Shown here piece after piece: positions 59,609 to 64,000 of a DNA stretch of 64,000 nt. The notes under the pieces were generated by a model. It saw only the letters and a program-made list of their open reading frames with translations, had not been told where the DNA came from and ran no database searches. The DNA comes from Candidatus Bathyarchaeia archaeon. GTDB lineage: Archaea; Thermoproteota; Bathyarchaeia; Bathyarchaeales; DTEX01. The position numbers and the translations under genes were made by a program. The stretch covers positions 3,306-67,305 of the forward strand of contig JAWCEH010000002.1 in the NCBI GenBank assembly GCA_038859955.1. Reading direction: 5' to 3'. Position 1 is the first letter of the stretch. Each line of letters begins with the position of its first letter.

Positions 59609-60688
59609 TTAGTTTATTGGGAATCGTAATAGGGCGGCAACTCCACCCAATGACCTTAATTTCGCTCCAGCCTCGTGCTCAACGCTAATTATTCTTACCT
59701 TTCCACCCTTGTCTTCAACATCACGCAAAAGACTTTCTAAAACTGACATTTCCTCTTCAGATGACTCCCTAAGTTTCTCATCTGTGACTAATATTTCTTC
59801 CACTGCACCTAATAGTGCGGCTCTTTTGACCTCGCTTAACCCGTAGGCAACGTTGCCCCTTCCCATCCCCAAGCGCTTAAGAACTTCCTCAACGGCTGAT
59901 GCTTCCTCGAACACACGGGCATGTTTGAGGGCCTTAACTAGCACACCGGAGCGCATAGCCTCGTAAATTCCGGCTTTGCCAGCGCTGTTCACGTTTTTAA
60001 TATCAATAACTTTTTCATAGATGTTAGGTGCGCTCTCCATTAGAAACTTTATGAATTCATCCTTAATGAAACCTAGTCCAACTATAACAATTGAACCATC
60101 CATTGAGTCAACTAACTCACCTAAAGCCTTTGAAACAGACTTAAACATCTCGATCAGCGTTTTTTGGCGCTCACCCTCCATGCGCTTTCCAGGTAGGCTA
60201 ATCTGTTCTTCCAACATTATGTCTACACCAAAACCTCTTAAGATTGCGATGCAGTATCCCTCATCATCGATAGATGCGATTATTATTGGTGTAACCCTTC
60301 TGGACATTGCGCGCTCTAATTGCTCAATGTGATAATCTAGCCAGCGGTCTTTAACTATAGTAAGCGGCATATTTAATGTTATATTTAATGTGTGATGCGA
60401 CCCTAATGCTCCAATATCCTCAGGTGCATCACAAACTATGCCGTGGACCCTAAGACGGTTTAAGCTTCTATCCCAAAAGACCCTCTCAACTCTTAAGCCC
60501 AAAACAACTGATATACGCTTTCCCTTTTCAGGTTTCTCATACCGTTCGCCTAATCGAACTTCGCGAGTGGTTCTGGCATATGCAACATCACCCCTCTGAA
60601 TAATATTATAGAGAGTCCAAAAGTCATCAAGGAACTCAGGAACAACTGTAATACGCCCATGCTTAAGATCCTTATCTAAAATCTTCAT
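59609..60688 (-). CDS. pelA: Pelota (aPelota / Dom34 homologue)
   Basis: 359 aa. The N-terminal Sm-like domain MKIL..DLKHG.I.V.PE..DD.W.LYN.I and a C-terminal eRF1-like domain. Confidence 0.9.
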   Translation of the reverse strand: MKILDKDLKHGRITVVPEFLDDFWTLYNIIQRGDVAYARTTREVRLGERYEKPEKGKRISVVLGLRVERVFWDRSLNRLRVHGIVCDAPEDIGALGSHHTLNITLNMPLTIVKDRWLDYHIEQLERAMSRRVTPIIIASIDDEGYCIAILRGFGVDIMLEEQISLPGKRMEGERQKTLIEMFKSVSKALGELVDSMDGSIVIVGLGFIKDEFIKFLMESAPNIYEKVIDIKNVNSAGKAGIYEAMRSGVLVKALKHARVFEEASAVEEVLKRLGMGRGNVAYGLSEVKRAALLGAVEEILVTDEKLRESSEEEMSVLESLLRDVEDKGGKVRIISVEHEAGAKLRSLGGVAALLRFPIN

Positions 60689-60778
60689 GTAAGTTCACTA
60701 GAGGCAACAGCCAAAATTAAAAAGGTTGATTATCTCCTTTTAAGTTTTCTGTTCCTTAAAGTAGTAGGGGAATCGAGA

Positions 60779-61501
60779 GTGAGCGAAGCTATCCTAACTC
60801 TTGAATTTGACATGATCTTAGGAACGTTTATTCGGAGACTGAATCGGTTTATGGCTTTAGTTGATGTTGAAGGTAAAGCTGCTTGCGCACATTTACCCAA
60901 CTCCGGCAGGCTTATGACCGCGCTATATCCCGGCGTCGCAACATACCTCAGAAAATTTATTGACCGACCCTGGAGAAAAAGCAATTATAGTATGTTTGCT
61001 GTTCAGCACGATAATGTTACCGTGATCGTGGATGCTCAATTCTCAAACTTTTTGGCTAAAGAGGCCATTAAACGTAACCTCTTTATCGATTTAGCAGGAT
61101 ATAGGGTTGCTGGAGAGGGCTTTAAACTAAGCGAGAACCCAAGCGTTAGATTGGACTTAATGCTTGAGAGAGAAACTGAGAGGTATTACGTTGAGGTTAA
61201 AAGTGTAACTCATGTGGTTGACGGAATCGCTCTATTTCCAGATGCCCCAACAATTAGGGGAAGACGCCATGTATTGCACTTATCTTCGCTTGCAAACCGC
61301 GGGCTTAAGACCGGACTGATATTCTCGGTTCAAAGACCAGACGCTCTGATAGTTAAAGCCAACAAAGAAATTGATCCGCAGTTTGCAGATATATTAAGGG
61401 TAGCCGTAGCTAGGGGCGTGAAGATATTCACCTTAAAGTCAACCTTTAAGCCGCCTAGAACTATAAGGCTAGAGCCTAATAAGCCTCCATTTGCGTTTTA
61501 A
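60779..61501 (+). CDS. sfsA: Sugar fermentation stimulation protein SfsA homologue
   Basis: GTFIRRLNRFMALVDVEGKAACAHLPNSGRL is the typical SfsA N-terminus, and EVKSV with a downstream core fits its PD-(D/E)xK part. Confidence 0.88.
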   Translation: MSEAILTLEFDMILGTFIRRLNRFMALVDVEGKAACAHLPNSGRLMTALYPGVATYLRKFIDRPWRKSNYSMFAVQHDNVTVIVDAQFSNFLAKEAIKRNLFIDLAGYRVAGEGFKLSENPSVRLDLMLERETERYYVEVKSVTHVVDGIALFPDAPTIRGRRHVLHLSSLANRGLKTGLIFSVQRPDALIVKANKEIDPQFADILRVAVARGVKIFTLKSTFKPPRTIRLEPNKPPFAF

Positions 61502-61515
61502 TAATTTTTGCGCTA

Positions 61516-62145
61516 TTAAAACATACTTCTCGCATCTCTCAGCAAAACCGTCCTAAGAATATTCTCCTCCTCCCTGATAATCTCTTCCGAAGTTAGGTAT
61601 TTTATTAAATCCTCACTTAAAACTGGCTTTCCATCTTTAAGTGGGTATACGTAGGGCAAATATATTCTGGCTTTCGAATTAAGCCTTATATGCAAACCTC
61701 TCTTCACCGGTATGTCCTCTAACCTAATGCCTTCGCTCACAAGTTTAGCTACATAAATCGCCCCATCAATAGAGAATTGCCCTCTACCAATATTTCTCGA
61801 TAAAGCGCCCGGAACCTTTGATGTTATAAGCTTTTTTGTTCTTCCTCTTGGAGGATGATCACCAAGAATCCCGCCAACTATAACGGTTTCCTTACCCAAA
61901 AAGTCCTCAGGTTTAAGTCGAACAGGCGCACTTGGGTCCAGAATCAAAATCTTCTCCGGACTGAAGATTTCAATGAAACTCTCACCTCTGATAATCCCTA
62001 GACTCGATAAAATCCTAGCATCCTCCCGACTTTTAATATTCGTGAAAACCAGTCTATCACTTCCAATGATACTGGACGCATGCTTATACTCGATATAAAG
62101 CCACTTGCTGACCTCAGATTCAAGATGCTCGATCACGAATATCAA
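61516..62145 (-). CDS. SPOUT-type methyltransferase resembling yeast Sfm1/YOR021C (PF04252-like)
   Basis: MIFVIEHLESEVSKWLYIEY and GGILGDHPPRGRT closely resemble the Sfm1 N-terminus and its GGILGDHPPRDRT block, both recalled from memory. Confidence 0.6.
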   Translation of the reverse strand: MIFVIEHLESEVSKWLYIEYKHASSIIGSDRLVFTNIKSREDARILSSLGIIRGESFIEIFSPEKILILDPSAPVRLKPEDFLGKETVIVGGILGDHPPRGRTKKLITSKVPGALSRNIGRGQFSIDGAIYVAKLVSEGIRLEDIPVKRGLHIRLNSKARIYLPYVYPLKDGKPVLSEDLIKYLTSEEIIREEENILRTVLLRDARSMF

Positions 62146-62811
62146 ATATTCATCCCTCAGGGGTTAAATAAAAGCTGGAAAACTCCTATTAAAAATCAAT
62201 TGTTAAATATCCTATGAAGCATCAAGCCATTTACGACATCACCTAACTAGGCTGATCGGCTTTGGATAGAGACGGATTTAAAAGTTAATTATATCGCTTA
62301 CTAAACTTGTTTGATTTCGGAAAAATTTTGGAACGAATATACGGGATGAGTATGTTTTGGATAACTGGCAAGATGCCATTCTTGACGGTATTTTAAACGC
62401 CATTCTAGATAACATTTCAGTAGTCGATTAAGAGGAAAAGATGGGCAGTTTTCTAATTAATCTTAGAATATTATTTTTAATTGCATTTTTAAATGATATT
62501 TTTCAGCAATTTCAGAACCTACCCCCTCCCCTCCTTCACAATCTTTCTGATCATAGGCCTAAGCCCATAATTATAAACCTCATTCTTAAATGCAGCAATA
62601 ATTCAGCTCATCTTTTTTTACTAATTTAGGGGCATTCGAGCACTCGTTTCATTAACTAAAATCATGTAGATTTGGCACATTCTCATTCACAGCATAAGAA
62701 AATGTTGAAGCTTCACAGAGTTTCGAAAAAGCACTACTAATACACTAAATAAACCATTTTCTAGGGCCGAAATGAATAAGGGCAGTAATCTAGAATTACA
62801 GGTTCCCCGAT

Positions 62812-62889
62812 TGGCGGGCCCGGGGGGAATTGAACCCCCGACCCCCGGGTTAAAAGCCCGGTGCTCTATCCTTGCTGAGCTACGGGCCC
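62812..62889 (-). tRNA. tRNA-Lys(UUU), intron-less, CCA encoded
   Basis: The minus strand reads GGGCCCG TA GCTC AGCAAGGATA GAGC A CCGGG CTTTTAA CCCGG GGGTC GGGGG TTCAATT CCCCC CGGGCCC G CCA, a perfect cloverleaf. The anticodon TTT is at 62852-62854. Confidence 0.92.
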
Positions 62890-62922
62890 CAACCTTATTT
62901 TGAAGAATGAAGGCAGATTTAT

Positions 62923-63247
62923 GGTTTTCTGTTACCATCGTTTTCCGCGCATTTTGTGTATGATGATAGAGGGGCATTTTCAGAGGCGCTTTTGGCAGAA
63001 GGGGGCTAATGTGGGTTTTTCTGTTACCATCCATGATGGTAACAGATACGCTTTTATTAACCTTCGTTTTCCCGATGGAGCGTTTTTCAAGCTCCCCTAC
63101 AAAGTGCATGGTTTGCATGAAATGCTGATGGAGGAGCGTTTTTTGAGCGTTTTTGGCAGAAAGAGGGAAAACGAGGGTTTTTCTGTTACCATGTTTTCCG
63201 CGCTTCTTTCCGGATTCCGCGGCTTTTTTAGGCTTTTCTGTTACCAT
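62923..63247 (+). repeat. Iteron-like cluster: four direct copies of (GG)NTTTTCTGTTACCAT plus interleaved secondary repeats
   Basis: The core TTTTCTGTTACCAT is at 62925-62938, 63017-63030, 63179-63192 and 63234-63247. Copies 1 and 3 continue with (C)GTTTTCCGCGC. Secondary repeats lie at 62985-63005/63145-63167 and 63074-63092/63124-63148. Confidence 0.85.
63021..63045. repeat. Perfect palindrome CTGTTACCAT-ccatg-ATGGTAACAG
   Basis: 10-bp arms and a 5-nt spacer. The left arm is part of iteron copy 2. Read directly from the sequence. Confidence 0.9.
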
Positions 63248-63449
63248 TTCCGTTAGGAGGCATTGAGTGAAAACCCGGGCTCCATCAGCATAAAAGTAAT
63301 GGAGAACCCTCCAGCTGCCTCCTCTCTTCTGCAGGCTGCCAGGCCTACCGCACACAGGGCATTTAAACATGATAAAACGCTAAGCGGCTAAAGAAAAGAA
63401 GCTAACCAACATGAAAAGATATACCTGGCAAACATAAAAAGAGGGGAGG

Positions 63450-63998
63450 TTATGAAGATACTATTTTGCTGATTTCTTTTAGCATTTTTTCAAGCACGTT
63501 TTTGTAGAGTTCATATTTTGATAGGATTTTGATGATTTTCTCCGCTTCTTTTCCGCTAATTAAGTCAAAAGGAAGATATTTTATGGTTGGCGGCTGCTTT
63601 GAAAAGTCGAGGCAGTTGATGAATGCGCGGCTTCTTTCCGGCCCCAGCTCTCTTAGAAAATCGAAAATCGCGTTGATTCCAGACTGAATTTCAGGAGTTA
63701 CCTCCCCCTTAATATATCTAAAGAGGTGGAGCTTTAGCTTTTCAAGACTTATGCCTAAAGCATAGGCTTCAAGAATGCCTTTCCATGTTAGCCAGTAAGT
63801 CTCAAATTTCTGGTTTCTATATTCCTTCTCACCAACAACCTCGATTAACCCCTTTTCTTTCAGACTGTCAAAGGAGAAGAGAATGTTCTTGTAGGCTTTA
63901 CTGAGCTCCTTTGCAGCCTCATGCTTTGTAAGCGCACCTCTTTCGCCCAAAAGCCTTATAATTTCGCTCTGAAGTGGAGGAAGCACCCTCTCGCCCAT
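63450..63998 (-). CDS. Winged-helix (MarR/ArsR-like) DNA-binding protein with an unassigned C-terminal domain
   Basis: LQSEIIRLLGERGALTKHEAAKELSKAYKNILFSFDSLKEKGLIEVVGEKEY is a wHTH pattern. The gene lies at the window edge, next to the iteron cluster. Confidence 0.6.
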   Translation of the reverse strand: MGERVLPPLQSEIIRLLGERGALTKHEAAKELSKAYKNILFSFDSLKEKGLIEVVGEKEYRNQKFETYWLTWKGILEAYALGISLEKLKLHLFRYIKGEVTPEIQSGINAIFDFLRELGPERSRAFINCLDFSKQPPTIKYLPFDLISGKEAEKIIKILSKYELYKNVLEKMLKEISKIVSS

Positions 63999-64000
63999 CT

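Noticed and set aside
62772-62903. 43-aa plus-strand ORF antisense to tRNA-Lys (..PGGIEPPTPG..), reminiscent of the att-encoded peptide of SSV-type integrases
   Set aside because: It has only 13 codons before the tRNA overlap, no integrase-like sequence on either side, and stops just past the tRNA. The resemblance is an automatic consequence of translating a T-arm antisense.
62923-63247. CRISPR array
   Set aside because: Repeat spacing is irregular (about 56-162 bp), the repeats are only 14-18 nt, one copy is inverted, and other repeat families interleave.
62687-63370. 227-aa minus-strand ORF (MFKCPVCGRPG...) and the 118-aa plus-strand ORF 62900..63256
   Set aside because: The minus ORF reads straight through the co-oriented tRNA-Lys gene, and both ORFs mostly translate the DNA repeats, giving periodic peptide repeats and odd composition. 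At most the first 40 or so codons (a zinc-ribbon-like segment) could be a gene remnant.

Overview
Gene-dense, AT-rich (by eye; not computed) archaeal chromosomal segment with about 70 supportable genes, almost all housekeeping. Information processing: seryl-tRNA synthetase, eS1/S3Ae, Alba, RPA, pelota, archease, archaeosine tRNA-guanine transglycosylase, a beta-CASP RNase, Lhr helicase, and a Sec61-beta gene that is missing from the ORF track. Nucleotide metabolism: purB, pyrG, pyrB. Central and sulfur metabolism: glnA plus Lrp, archaeal SAM synthetase, a phosphofructokinase with PPi-type signatures, the COG1900/NIL-ferredoxin/COG2122 homocysteine cluster, and thioredoxin reductase. Two minus-strand tRNA genes are present: tRNA-Lys(UUU), and a 129-nt tRNA that I resolve as tRNA-Arg(UCG) carrying two introns, one canonical (37/38) and one non-canonical (29/30). 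That pattern points to a TACK/Thermoproteota-like or related lineage, but I cannot place the organism. I found no CRISPR array, no rRNA, no intact transposase or integrase, and no recognisable multi-gene defence system. The items most worth a second look are: (1) an iteron/palindrome cluster next to tRNA-Lys with a wHTH gene at the window edge, possibly the border of a mobile element; (2) a 605-aa membrane protein that reads as collinear with eukaryotic ribophorin I/OST1; (3) a SNAP-like all-helical repeat protein beside two paralogous membrane proteins, one with a B-box-like zinc domain; (4) a 1018-aa orphan MacB/FtsX-type permease fusion with no ATPase nearby; (5) a URO-D/FAH/URO-D gene trio; (6) a lone ORB-like origin box. 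All family assignments come from motif recognition by eye and need HMM or structure searches to confirm.
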